Shown: piece after piece, positions 1 to 12,511 of the stretch
Layout: each line of letters starts with the position of its first letter
How positions within the stretch are numbered: the stretch's first letter is position 1
Assembly (NCBI GenBank): GCA_048772705.1
Contig: JBLWGC010000126.1
Span: 62,001 to 126,000 of the forward strand
DNA from: Leidyana gryllorum EB-2025a
Lineage: Eukaryota; Protista; Apicomplexa
DNA length: 64,000 nucleotides
Direction: 5' to 3'
The notes under the pieces: generated by a model
The model's database searches: none
Told to the model about the DNA's origin: nothing
The model's input: the letters and a program-made list of their open reading frames with translations, nothing else
Translations under genes and position numbers: made by a program

Positions 1-156
1 TAGAGTTTTCAAATGAGATGACAACTCGAAGATGTTCTTCGGAGTGGCGGAGCAGTGAGGAGATTGCCTAGCCTCCCGCACGACGAGAAAGAGTGATCAA
101 GAGGTTCACACGTTGGCAATGGGAACCAGGCGGGTGCGATCTCATCGTCCAAGTCC

Positions 157-2904
157 TCACGTCGAGTGTGACGCTGTGGTAGGCAGCCCCGAGCAATAGA
201 TCGTCAGTGGGTGGAGATGGCAGAGAGGAGTATGGGAGGATCGGCATGGAGTGAGCAGACGGTAGTGCAGGGGTAGATCTGCGTTTGCTGTGTGTGGAGA
301 GATACACAGGGAGAGGCAGATTGGAACGTACATCCTATCGAATGTGTGTGTAAAATATACCTCGAGGTAAAGCAGCATTGGGCAGTCCCCCAGCGATAGT
401 GCGTTCAGCGGGAACGGTTATATTGGCGACTGGTTCACATTTTGCGCCCTTCTGGATCCATGCAAGACCATTCCATTGGGTTTGAGGTGGGCATTGACAA
501 TCGAAAGCTCCTTCGGTGTTGATACATATAGCATTTCGCGGACATATGTGGGGGTCCAGAGCACATTCGTCGGTGTCGATACATTTTCCCAAGTGTTCAT
601 TCTTTGAGAACCCGGCTTTGCATAAGCATCGGTTGTAATTCGCTTCAGGTCCTCCGAAATCGCAAACTTGGTCTTCCCCACACTCGGCACTCGTTTCGCA
701 TTCATTCTTGGCAACACAGCGTCCTGAAACGTGGCGGTAGCCTACGTGGCATCGGCACCGGATTCCGTTCACGGTGTCTACGCAATGACTGCGCTCCGGA
801 CAAATATCATTGGTAGCGCACTTCATATTTTGGATTTCTTGGGGTGCTACAGTGGTCAAAGAGGTGGGATCGTCATACGGGGCATCGTTGGCGTCCCCTG
901 GTTTCTGTCGCCCAGCAGCATTGGTTATAGCCGCATAGATGTCCAAAGTGCCACCACTTGCTACTCTGTTCTTCAGAGACGGCAACTTCTTGACATTGGA
1001 CAATAGCCGGTCAATCACTTCTTCGGCGGTGAGCTCCGGTTCCCGACTCCATATCAAGGCCGCGGCTGCGCTCACGAAGGGGGTTGAGAAAGAAGTTCCG
1101 TCCATGGTGTTATAGCGATGTGCTAGTGAAGTCGACAGAATCTTGACTCCAGGAGCTGCGATATCCACAGCTTTTTTCCCGTAACAGCTGAAGGGTGCCA
1201 ATTGACCTTCAGAGTCAATCGCGGCCACCTGGAAGTACATGCTGTCATACTGACAAGTAATATATATTACTCACCGATACTATATTGCTGTCGTTATAGC
1301 TGGCCGGGTAGGTTGGCTGCATCCCATTGAAGTCGTTGTTGCTCCCGTAATTGCCCGCAGCTGCCACGAAGATCATCCCCTGCTTTCGGGCTCGACGGAC
1401 AGCTGTTTTCAAAGCCGCGAAAGAGCTCCCGCGGCCGCCGTATGAGTTATTGCTGACCTTCACACCTTGGACCACGGCATAATCAAGAGCCTGCGTTATA
1501 GATTGATGCCATCCATGTCACCTATGTACCTTTATAAAGCCAGATATGGTGCCTCGAATGTCTTTGTCCAAAGTGCGCAGAATCATGAGCCGGCAACCCC
1601 AACACACACCAGCGACACCGATTCCATTATTGGTCACAGCCGCCACGATGCCAGCGGATGCCGTCCCGTGTCCGTTCTCATCTTGAGGGGTGTTGTCGTT
1701 ATCGATCCAGTCCTGTAAGGAGTAAAAAAGTAGCATACCGCGATCGGTTTTGGCGTCTACTCACCCAGCCAATGCAGTCGTCGACATATCCATTTCCGTC
1801 ATCGTCTATACCGTTGAAACAGTCGGTCTCGCCAGTATTTCGCCAGTACTGGGCTTTCAGATCAGGGTGCTCCAGATCTACCCCAGAGTCGACCAGGGCA
1901 ACCACGAAGTTCGAGTGGTGCGCAGTCCACACCTTCCAAGCCTCGGGAGAATTCACACCAGTTTTCTTGTTATGATGAGCCCACTGATCGAAGTACAGAG
2001 TGTCGTTCGGTAGCACTGATACACCGTAAAGAAAAGGCTCGAACTCTGTCTCCATAGCTGCGCTCCAGTTCTCTTGTTGGGTGCTGCGACCGATCGCAGC
2101 CGTTCTGGGCGGGAGTGGACCCAAACCTGGCAGGCTCCTCAAAGGATTCCTGGAGGGTGTATGCTTTCCGGCCCCGTCGAAAGTATCCTCCTCGTCTCCC
2201 TGGCCGAATAAGAAGCCCTCATGGTACTCCATCAGATCGTCGTCGTCAAAATCACCATCATCGTAGAAGTCACTTTCCATACCAGGTTCCTCACCGAGGA
2301 GCTTTTTGCCGTCCATAATCTCGTCAACATGAACAGACTCCACGTAGGGATCCTGCAGAAGAACCGAACGGATGATATCAACATCGACACTGGGGGGGGC
2401 ACGAAGAACTTCCATGTGGAGTCCGGTCAGGTATGAGGTATCCAATGGAAGCTTGGGTGCCTCCAAGCCAGAGAGCTGACCTGGGGCAGGTCCGAAAACA
2501 TTCTGATAGAGGCGAGCTAAGACCATGTTGCGCGCAACCACATTGGCGGCACGAGCTTCTAAGACTTCATGGTGAGCGACCTCGTTAGCGGTAAGATTGT
2601 AGCGCGTCTTAACCTGCTGCAGAACTCGGTAAGGGTTCGTTCGTCGTTCTGGAAATCGGTACGTAACCAAGATCGTGCGATCAACAGTTTCTTCCTGCCC
2701 GGCTCCATCCAAGACACTCTGAGAACGCAGCCCACGGTGATGCGCTGCAGAACTGAAGGGTAAAGACCACGACGGTCCCAAAAGCAACTCGCTCGACGCA
2801 GCCGCGATCTGGTGAAGGTAGGGTAAATGTTCAGCCGGCGGAGGATAGCCGGCACCAGCGGCATATGCTAGAACTAGAAGTAGACATTCGGGACGTGCAC
2901 GCAT
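157..2904 (-). CDS. Secreted subtilisin-like (S8) serine protease with C-terminal EGF/calcium-binding EGF repeats; multi-exon
   Basis: Signal peptide; triad motifs VALVDSG, NGHGTASAG and DGTSFSTP; oxyanion-hole AAGN. Spliced junctions DCIGW|DWID (intron 1713-1764), GFIK|ALDY and NIVS|VAAI. Three EGF-like Cys repeats (e.g. DTDECALDPHICPRNAICINTEGAFDCQC). The last exon is uncertain. Confidence 0.93.
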
Positions 2905-3029
2905 CGAACGGGTGATTTTCTAGTCACAAATGAAGGTTCATAATGACCACCACACACGTGTGTGTCACGGGACTGGCTGCCATTGACTGTACTGTCCGGA
3001 AGGATTAATTACTTGTAACCAGCCATCAT

Positions 3030-5216
3030 TTATATACAAGGGCTGTAAATGGGTTCATATACGATATCATTTGATCTCACCAAGCGCGTGATCAACATGG
3101 CGCTGATTCCACTAAGAATTACAACGATACACGCTAAGCCCCACCACCTGTGGCCTTTGGGTTTGATATTGCTGGTCTCCACTAAGCCGGCACGCTGGAT
3201 ATGGGCGGCTGAGATGAGGGGGTCCTCTTTCTGAGCAACCATCTCTCTTCTGCCGCGCCAGTAGCTCTCACCCCCGACCCTTCACATATTTTCCTTGCGT
3301 TTGCCGGCGTCGCCCAGTCAGTGGCTTCAAAGAAAACGGATATCTGGACCATAGAAATGTGTGTGCGACTTTGTGTCAGTGAGAACTCACGGGACAGATT
3401 TCCGTAGATCCTGCTGTGGCCGTTTGAGTACAGCCTGGCACGTCCCTTGTGAGCACAGCACCGTTGTACATCAACCGGAAATGGGCTTCCGCCGGTTTCG
3501 ATACGGTGTGGTAGACCTATGAGTGGAGGGCACGGGGTTTGATGTTGGGGTAGTTGCTCACCTCGAGGACTACCTGAGAGGCATATGGGGGCCATTTGTT
3601 GTCGTACACCGTGCCGCCCAGGGAAGCTAGGAATGGCATGAGGGTAGTATCATGCCCCGCAAAGATGACGAGCTTTCTTGCGTCAAAATCGGTACCGTTG
3701 ATTGGACGGGAGGGCGTAGATCCCAGATATGCTAAGAACTCTGCAGCTTGATTGTGCCCGATGACCGCAGAGAGGGTTTCGGTGGCGTTGGCCTTTTTTG
3801 AGTCGGCGGTCTTCATCAGCGACTAGCAATGGATGGAATCGACAATGGATGTGTAATTCAATCCTACTCTTATGATTTCACTCTTGAAGTCAACCATGGC
3901 ATGGACAATGGCACTTCTGGAGAAGGTGGCATCCTTGAACTTATACTCAAATTGGGCGTAGTCGTCGACGGTTTGGACGAGTGCGTCAACCAAGGATCTC
4001 TCGTCTCCGGTTTCATCGACGATAGTCATTGTGGGTCGCACGCCTGGAGGTAACCTGTCATGCTTACCCGAGCAGACTGCAGTGAGCACGCAGTCGAAAA
4101 GCTCGCCTGGCCATACATCCGAAATGTCAGATCGGCGGGTCGCAACTCTGTATCGTTCCTCCACCGGCGCCCATTTTGATCGCAAAGACAGATATCCTGG
4201 GCTGCCAAAGATTGCATCACGGATACTCAACAGTGCAGGGCACGTGCCCGTATTGGGGAATAGTGTCTCTCTAGATAAGTCCATGGTGTGGAGCGGGACA
4301 ACTGGGATGGAGTCGACTTGTCCCTTGGTTGCCGTGCTGCGACGAAGATGAGTCATACATAGAGGGGGCTGGAGTTTTTATATGATGAAGGGTGTGGGCG
4401 TACGTGACAATCAGTGGGCGGCAGTCAAGCAGCCGTCCACATACACAATATGCACACACACGAGCAAGAACCAGGTTCGGTGGTCGAGCGGGAGCCCGAG
4501 TAGGTACCTGAAGAAGGAGGCGAGGAGGGAGCTGCCAGACGCTATGGTCCTTTGCATATCGGACGAGCGGAAGTATATCTGTTGGTCAGCTTTGGCGAGG
4601 TCAATCAGCGGAGGTGCATTCTGTGCCGGGATGCGGCGAGGATCATTGGGGACTTGATAAGCTCGGGCCAAATTGTGGCCCATGAGTCTAAATTGGAGTA
4701 TGAGAAAGCTTTCTCTCCACAGTGAGAGACTGACTGGTGCTGTTGAAATCCTTCGGTCAGCAACTGGCCTTTCTGGCAAGTTCCTCCGAGGACGTTAAAC
4801 TCTGGGTTTACGTCATATCGTTTCGGATGCACAGCAGAGAAGGGTGCCGAGGGAGCATTAGCTCCCAGCAGTCCTGCAGACTCTGGTGCGGAGGTGTCTA
4901 TGGGAGTATCGACGCGAGCTTGGACTGCCAAATCGACGCCGCAATCCCAGTCGGGATCATAATCAGCCCAGCAGTTATATCGGTCAGCAGGAGTTCGGGC
5001 GCCATGTCGAACAATTGTAAGAACCTGGGAGAGCTCGAGGTCACGTGCTTCCGCACTTAGTTGTGGAATAGACCTAAGTGGCACGAGCGCCTCCGATACC
5101 TTGGCACAGTACGCTGGATAGGTCCAGTCTCTGTCTGCTGCCACAGGTGCTGTCAACAAGACGCCGGGGGCCTCGAGATCCAGAGGGGCTGCGGCAGCCA
5201 GTAGTAATGGCAGCAT
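3030..5216 (-). CDS. Histidine acid phosphatase (branch 2), type I membrane or secretory; multi-exon
   Basis: RHGARTP catalytic motif, RSSDMQRTIASG, AGHDTTL and WPPYASQVVLE; N-terminal hydrophobic leader; C-terminal TM helix followed by a YEPI tail. Confidence 0.9.
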
Positions 5217-5283
5217 CTGCACGCGACAGAACAGTCGGGGGAGGAGCCGAATTTTTGTGTCGTTTTTTGAGGTGGACTGACTC

Positions 5284-5772
5284 ATGACGCACGCCTACGG
5301 TATCCGCTCAGGCACTCGCCACAAGTTCTCCAAGGGCTTCCGTCAGAACGGCGTGCCCAACCTCTCCCGTTACCTCACTGTCTACAAGAGGGGAGACTAT
5401 GTGACCCTCAAGGCCGATGGTTCCATCCAGAAGGGTATGCCTCACTCTTTCTACCACGGACGGACTGGTGTTGTGTACGACGTCACCAAGCGCGCTGTTG
5501 GTGTGGAGGTCCCCAAGCGTGTGGGCAACCGCGAGATCATGAAGCGCTTCCACGTCCGCGTTGAGCACATCTTCAAATCTCGTTGCAACGAAGAGTTCCA
5601 CAAGCGTCGCGCTGCCAACGAGAAGGCTCGCAAGGAGCATAAGGAGAGCGGGTCTGCTGAGCCCCTCAACCTCAAGAGACAGATCGAGGGTCCCCGCGAG
5701 GCTGTCAAGGTTGTGCCTGCTGAGGGCAAACTCAAGTGGCTCGCCCCCCTCAAGTTCGAGGAGTCCTTCTGA
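5284..5772 (+). CDS. RPL21: 60S ribosomal protein L21 (eL21), intronless
   Basis: QKGMPHSFYHGRTG and HVRVEH..KSRC motifs; 162 aa. Confidence 0.98.
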   Translation: MTHAYGIRSGTRHKFSKGFRQNGVPNLSRYLTVYKRGDYVTLKADGSIQKGMPHSFYHGRTGVVYDVTKRAVGVEVPKRVGNREIMKRFHVRVEHIFKSRCNEEFHKRRAANEKARKEHKESGSAEPLNLKRQIEGPREAVKVVPAEGKLKWLAPLKFEESF

Positions 5773-5912
5773 GTTACTATTACCCCACTGACTGGCCTAC
5801 TTCGGTTGTCCACCAATAGAGGTTGTTCGGTTCCATATGGTGGCTGCGTGTAATGGTGTGTACCTAAGCAGTAACCTACTCGAAAATCATCAGTCCACAA
5901 AAAAACCTTCTT

Positions 5913-7602
5913 ATGGTCTCTGACGCAAACGCGTTCGTCTTCGACTTTGGCCATACCAATACCTACTGGGGCTATGCTGGCGATGAGGAGCCACGCCAAT
6001 CCCAAACCTCAGGCTGGTGCCACCAACCCGATGGTTGGTCCACTTGCCCAACTGATTTCCTCGAGTTGAGGGAAGCGTACACGCCATGCTGGTTGAACAC
6101 CCTCAACTCGCTGCCCGAACCACTAGCGCACTATGTCCAACACCAAAGCAAGCGCCCTGACATTTCGGAGCCTTCACGTCCATGCAATTTGACTGGCAGA
6201 CTGAGCAGGGCTGTTTTAGAGCGTCAACTCTTATACGTGGATAGGTGAGTCACTCGCCGTGGGGAGGAGGACTGACTCATCACTACTCTGCAGTTTCTTT
6301 GGTTCTGAGACTGAGCATCGACTGGCGGGTCACCCACTATTAGTCAGCGAGCCGACCAAACGCAGTCCCAAACATGCGGTAAGCTCACCACTCTGCTTCG
6401 ACGTGACTTCTTCAATGTGTTGCGTCCGCAGCGCGCTTTGGCAGAAGTTGCTCTTGAGAGAATCGGAGTATCCGACTTTTGTGCAGTACGGAAAGCGACG
6501 CTGGCTGCTATGGCAAGTGAGTGACGTCCTGACGGGCAAAAGGTGGTCATGCGCTCTCTTATCTAACAGTGGGTCGGCCAACATCAATGGTGGTGGAGAT
6601 GGGGCCTGTGGGGACGACGGTGACCCCCGTTTTTGAAGGTTACACGTTACAAAGGCATGTCCAGCAATATGCCGTTGGAGGCTATCTCTTGGACTGGATG
6701 TATGCCACATCAATGAAGCTCTGGGATCATTCCACGAGGTCCTTCGCTCCCTCCTTCCGGCCGTATGCCAGTAGGCAGAGACAGCGATTCGGTCCCTTTG
6801 CCATCAATACTGATCGTTCCGGCGCGGACTCGCCGCCAGCCATTCACCCTCAGTATCTGCATCACAGTCAAGCACGCATAGTACAGGACCTCCGCGAATC
6901 TACATGGAGGCTGCGAGATATGAAGCCCAGCCAAATAGCATCGACCGCAGCTCACTATAGACACCAAGATCAGGACGATTTGGCCTACGAGTTACCAGAC
7001 GGAAAGGTAAGATTGGCAACAGCCCACAAACTCGATCAATGACTCTTCGTTTGCTAAAACAGGTCATATATATTCCCGAGGCCACCTCCGCTGGCATAGC
7101 TGAGTTCTTATTGAATCCTCCCGAAGCTCGTCCGGCACTCGATTTGTTCAAGTTATCTTCCGAGAACATCCCGATGGCAATATCCGCTTTCCCGGGTATT
7201 CCCAACGCCGTGGTCACTGGTTCTTTCGGCTGTGACGTCGATATGCGTCAACAGCTGCTGCAAAATGTCGTCATTTCGGGAGGCTTGGCAGCCTCTCGCG
7301 GGTTTGTGGAAAGAGTGATCAGCGACTTGACCACAACGCCTCACGTGGATATATCAATCCGAGATAGACTAACTCCCGAGCTTCGCGGCGAACCACCCAC
7401 CACAGCACCTGAAGCTATACTCAAAGACGTGTCTTCAGTCAAATTCAAGGTCGCTTCTCAAACTGGCTTTGAGAAGAGATACACCACGTGGATAGGCGGC
7501 TCCATTCTGGCGATGTTGAGCTCATTCAAAAGTTTCTGGATAAGCAGTGCTGATTGGGCTGAACATGGAGCCAGTGTACTCGATCGTCGAAGGCCCTTTT
7601 GA
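5913..7602 (+). CDS. ARP4: Nuclear actin-related protein, ARP4-like; multi-exon
   Basis: FVFDFG...GYAGDEEP, HPLLVSEP, TVTPVFEGY, YELPDG, NVVISGG and WIGGSILA...WIS motifs. Confidence 0.8.
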
Positions 7603-7742
7603 CTTGTGCTGCTAAGCGGAAAGACGAATGTGGGGTAGATCGGTTGTCGCATCGAAACAGAACAAAATGGTTGTTGGGGCTGAGGAGGGGGGGCTTGTCT
7701 GAAAAGTATGATCGCAGCCTTGTCACATTTTCAATAGAATCA

Positions 7743-10589
7743 TCACGGCTCTTCTGTGGTCGGCGTTCGTTGAACCACCTTGGGGAACGCATTGATCCCG
7801 GTGTACAAGGCCATGAATTCGGGGCGGGAAGACATCAGAGTCGTCGGCATTTTCTGTACTTCATATTCCAAAGCATTATCGTGGCATTCCACGGCTATGT
7901 CCTCCATGTAATGGTACCATTTCCAAGTGTGAACTGCAAATAGACCAAAGATTACTGAACTCACGCCCGACAGAACAGTCAAAATTCCAAACGCCGGGAG
8001 TGTCGATTCGCATAGCGGTGGTAAGACAGCGTGACGCAGGGCGGTGCCCTCAAATTGGCAGTTAGCCCCTTCGCTGACTTGATTGGCTTCATCCACGAGA
8101 CCTGAACAGAGAAAAAGTCAGATTATTGTGTGCTTCCTCACACACGTGCTGCGAACTCACCATCCATTACGGGTGTCACGAGGCCATCAACATACTTATC
8201 CACCAAAGAGAGTAATCCTACAGTTCGGGGGACGATTTGGTCTGCGTCAGCGCTGAATCGTTGACGACTGATCTCCTTGGCTTGTCCCAAAGAGCAATCG
8301 CGGGACTCCGCAGTAGGTCCGCACCCGATAAGCTCTCTGTCAGTCAAAGTGGAGAGCTCAAGTGCTCGCAGTTCTTCAACATTAATCAATTGGTGAATCA
8401 GATCTTTTAACTTGAGATCTATCGCGTATAATGGGTGACGGAAGTCGTCGATGGCAAGCGGTCGGATGGCGTCTTCAATTTCTGCCACCCATCCTGGCAG
8501 CAACTCAAATGTTGTACTGCTTATCTCGTGCACCCCATCGCCCATTGCGCAACTTGGATAGTTGTTGACTCTGGCTGTAGGGGAACAGAAATACTTGGGG
8601 AAAGTCGGAAGCTCCACGGCATCGTGTACAAGATAGCTCGCTTCATGCAGACGATCCATGGCGACGTTCATGGGCACAACATTCAACTGCAGGCCTTGAC
8701 CGAGGCAATCGGCTAGGAACTGGCCAGAAGTAAGTTCGGGCACAATACACAAGATACTCTTGATGCCATCATTGTAGCCGTAGAGTCCTGGATAGTCAGG
8801 ATGTTCCGAATAGCGAGGTTCAAACCAATCAGCCCGAATGAACTCGGTGTCATTGAACGCTACATGGCCGATGGGGAAGCCCATCACTGATGGTTTCCTT
8901 CGGAAACTTGTATCAACTAGGTCTCGATAGGCAGCACTGATCAATTCGGTCTTGATGACCTTCTCCTTAGTTTTGAGGATGGCATCACGAGTGCTCCGAA
9001 CATCGGCCTTAGCCAACTCCACATCATCAGCGAGCTCGGCGATCCGGCCGTCCAGAGCCAAGCTGGCGGCTACGTCTCCAGAGCCGTCTTCCCGAACACA
9101 CGTGTCTAGTACAATTTTGACATCAACACGCATGTCCTCCACCGGGGCCAGCACTTGGTCGGGCAGAAGGTCCCATTGACCCTCTTCAATCAAAATTTGA
9201 TCGCCCACATAGCAAGCGTCACGGCCGATAACGGTGACGGTGTAGAACACGCCGCACATCAGAGCTGAAAGACCAGCCAGCAGAACGAATGCAACATATT
9301 GGGTAGCCCAAAGCTTCCTTTCGCGACGTATGGGGAATCGATCGCGGCGTATGTGGTCCACTAAACGGGAGGATAGCACCAGTATTCCTGCGGCAGTCAG
9401 CACCCCCAGGATATTGAAGGAGATGGAGATTCCAAAAAGAGCTTTGAGGCCACCGTTGACTGCACCTTCCGCTTTTGACCAGGTCAGCGCCAGTTCTGCG
9501 GCAAGCAGATCCACATCGCTGACAGTATTGATGGTGTCCACCACGGCAGCGCTTGCCTTTTGCATCAGTCGCGACTCTGGTCCAGCATAGAGCGCCAGTA
9601 GGCGCTCGATCTCTACCCAGCCGATATCCAATGTCTCGTCAAGCTCCTCCAAAAATTGCTCCCCCTTGGCCACAGCGCTCTTGGCAGTGGGCAGTACCCA
9701 AAGATCCGGTTCCACACCAGACAAGCGTCCACTTGCTTCACTAAAGAGTTCAATCCATTCATTACTGTGCTGCATCAGCCTTTCGACAATGGTGGCAGTC
9801 TCATTGCCAGCAGACCAAGAGTCCCTCTTCAATTCATCGTATCCTTGTTGTAAAGCTGTGAGGATAGGATTTTGATCTGAAGGTAGAACCTTATGGTCCA
9901 GATGAGCCAGTTGTTCCAAAATTCCGTTAGTTCCCGACCACGTCATCGCCACCTCTTCGACTTCGCTTTTGGCGAACTCGCTGGTTCCGAAGAAGTGTCC
10001 GTAAACCTCCATCCACATCGAACACACAGTGCGATTGACTCCCTGTATGCCTTGGGTACCTACAGATCAGCGAGCAGTGGGTCGTGCGACGGTCGATTGG
10101 AGCAAATAACTTACACAAAGTGATACTGCCCGCAGCCGTTAGGAGGACAATGAGACTTCCGGTGATGTTGGAGTATACCAGGAAGCCACGATGATGCGGT
10201 TGTACAGCTTTCATGCGCACACGTGTACGTTGTCTACAGTTACCCCAGCACCATTTGCTGACCCAGCCGCGGAAGTTTTCGTTTATTGCGGCGGCAGCAA
10301 AGATGGCAGCGAGGAGCAGAATGCCTCCACACAGCAGGAGGAAGAAGGAGGAGAAATGATGACCAAAGTAATACTTGGAAGGTGTGAGATCGTGACGGAG
10401 TACATCAGCGAGCGCTTCTGCGTTCTCTGTGTTAGAAAATGACTTTGTGAAGAGTTCCAGGCCGAATCGCATAGTTGGGGCCCGGAATCTCCATCCGTCG
10501 CTTGGGCAAGTTGACGAGAGCGTATCTCTCAGGGTGTCTCTCCACAGGGTGAAGCTGGCATCCTCTGGAAGTCTCTCGAGCCCTCCCAT
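7743..10589 (-). CDS. Large multi-pass membrane protein with long extracellular helical loops (prominin/tweety-like topology); 3 exons
   Basis: ORFs 9927-10589, 8138-10027 and 7743-8096 can be joined by GT-AG introns; about five TM segments with large loops. Confidence 0.6.
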
Positions 10590-10691
10590 CGAATTGGAAG
10601 GTAGAAAACTATGTCGCGTGAGTCAAAATGTTTATGGTAGTTGTGAGTCATTTCTTTCACACCTTTCAATGTGATTAAACGAAAAATGTCT

Positions 10692-12215
10692 TCACAGCTT
10701 GGGAGGTGACACTTGCGAGGTGAGCGGGGGGGAAGTCTTGAGACTTCCACTGGCCTTCGGTGGAGATCGACTGCCGATGGCAGCGGCCCCAGTAGCCATG
10801 GACAGACTACCGCTCTTACTGACGCGCTCCACCACCTTGGCGGCAGCATATTGGGCCGCTCCTTCACCGGTGTTGTTGAGCACAGACACAGCCTTCTGGA
10901 GGATCGCAGCATCATCCTGAGTGTTGCGGACATCGCGGACGGCGAAGTAGGAGAGGACGGTACCCAATCCCCACAGGCCGAAACCAGTCCAGAACTGAGA
11001 AGCGTAACTGACGTGCTCGTTCAAGTCGAGACCCCAGGCGACAGCAGCACCAGCAGACTGGATACCCTTGTAGTATCCGGCGAAACGAGCGGCTTGTTGG
11101 GTATCGTTGCCAGCAACAGCTCCCATAATCCAGTAGGCGAAGGCTTGAATCGCAGCATCAGCGAAACCGTACATACAGTAGATGATGACAGGGAAAGCGC
11201 AACGCTTAGATTCCTTGAAATCCATGAGTTCACCGTGAGCAGCAAGAGGCCAGTTCTTGTCGTAACCGTCTTCGAAGCCGTACTGGAGCCACGCACCGCA
11301 TGCCCAGGCGACAGTGAAAGCAACGGTGGAGAAAACCCAACCGTAAATAGCTCTCTGTCTCTTGGTTGCGCCCTTGAAGTCCATCAACATACCGATCAAA
11401 TAGGCAGCAAGCATCTGCGCACCCCAGTAGATGGCGCTGTTCAGACCACGAGAGCGGATGTTGAACAGAGAGCCATTAACAAAGTTGAACTGATAAGTAT
11501 AGAACCAGTTGGAGGCGATGAAGAAGCAAGTGAGGAGGATCATATACTTGTTGGTGACCACCTTTAAAGCACCCTTGATCTCCTGAACGGGGTCGGTGGT
11601 CTTAGCAAACTCCACTTGAGTGCCGTCTTCCTTCTTGACCTTCTGAGGTTGAACAATGAGGAAAGGGACAGACAGGGCACCAATAGCCATGAGGGCGACG
11701 AAAGTGAAGTACGAAGCGGCATTGGCCTTATCAACACTGTCTTTGTAGTTGATGCCGAACTGCAGGAAACCGCCCGCAACACCACCCAGGTTGAAGAGGA
11801 TCCAGAAAAGACCAATGTACTGACCCTTGTTGAAGGGAGTGGAGTATGCCATCATCATAGCGCCTTGGGCAGTCCAGAAAAGACCGGCTCCGATACCAAG
11901 GATGACACCTGCAAGGATGGATACCCAGCCCGCGCCGTCTACGTTGCCACTCAGGTACATCCCCAGAGCGTAGAGACAGTAAGTGGATCCACCCAAACAG
12001 AGAAGAACTCTGTTGCCGAAAAGATTGAAGAAGGCTCCGCCAAAGTAGCCAAAGACAGCAAAACAGGCATAGAGAGCTGTGTTTGCCTTGTTGGCGTACT
12101 CGGGGTTGGAACCACCAGCAGCACCCAAACCGTTTAGTGCATTGAAGAGACCCGGGCAAGTCAAGGCGATGAGCCCGACGATGATAACCTGTATCTTGGC
12201 GTCACTCAATCCCAT
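10692..12215 (-). CDS. UNC-93-like (DUF895) MFS transporter, intronless
   Basis: CPGLFNALNGLGAAG, GAGLFWTAQG, RSRGLN and GYYKGIQSAGAAVAW motifs; about 12 TM segments. Confidence 0.9.
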   Translation of the reverse strand: MGLSDAKIQVIIVGLIALTCPGLFNALNGLGAAGGSNPEYANKANTALYACFAVFGYFGGAFFNLFGNRVLLCLGGSTYCLYALGMYLSGNVDGAGWVSILAGVILGIGAGLFWTAQGAMMMAYSTPFNKGQYIGLFWILFNLGGVAGGFLQFGINYKDSVDKANAASYFTFVALMAIGALSVPFLIVQPQKVKKEDGTQVEFAKTTDPVQEIKGALKVVTNKYMILLTCFFIASNWFYTYQFNFVNGSLFNIRSRGLNSAIYWGAQMLAAYLIGMLMDFKGATKRQRAIYGWVFSTVAFTVAWACGAWLQYGFEDGYDKNWPLAAHGELMDFKESKRCAFPVIIYCMYGFADAAIQAFAYWIMGAVAGNDTQQAARFAGYYKGIQSAGAAVAWGLDLNEHVSYASQFWTGFGLWGLGTVLSYFAVRDVRNTQDDAAILQKAVSVLNNTGEGAAQYAAAKVVERVSKSGSLSMATGAAAIGSRSPPKASGSLKTSPPLTSQVSPPKL

Positions 12216-12511
12216 TTGAGCAATCTATAAAGGATGCACGATTAACGTGTCCCCTCAGCGTGCATGTGCGTGCGAAGCTAAAGAGGTACTCAATGGCTTG
12301 TTGGGAACAGAGGTTGATGGATGAATGTTGGTGGTTCCCAATGATATCCTTAGGGGCAGTTGATTCAAAGGATGCAGCTTTATAGGGCGAACTCCCTGGC
12401 AATAAGATCTGGTACTACACGCATGTGTGAGATCATGGGTGATAAGTCCCTCTCGCGGGAGGTCAATCTTGGGCTTTTGTGCATTCTATCTCTCCATCAC
12501 CACGCAGCATC

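Noticed and set aside
10713-12137. Long plus-strand ORFs (284 and 173 aa) opposite the MFS gene
   Set aside because: Antisense shadows of a codon-biased CDS; no independent protein features.
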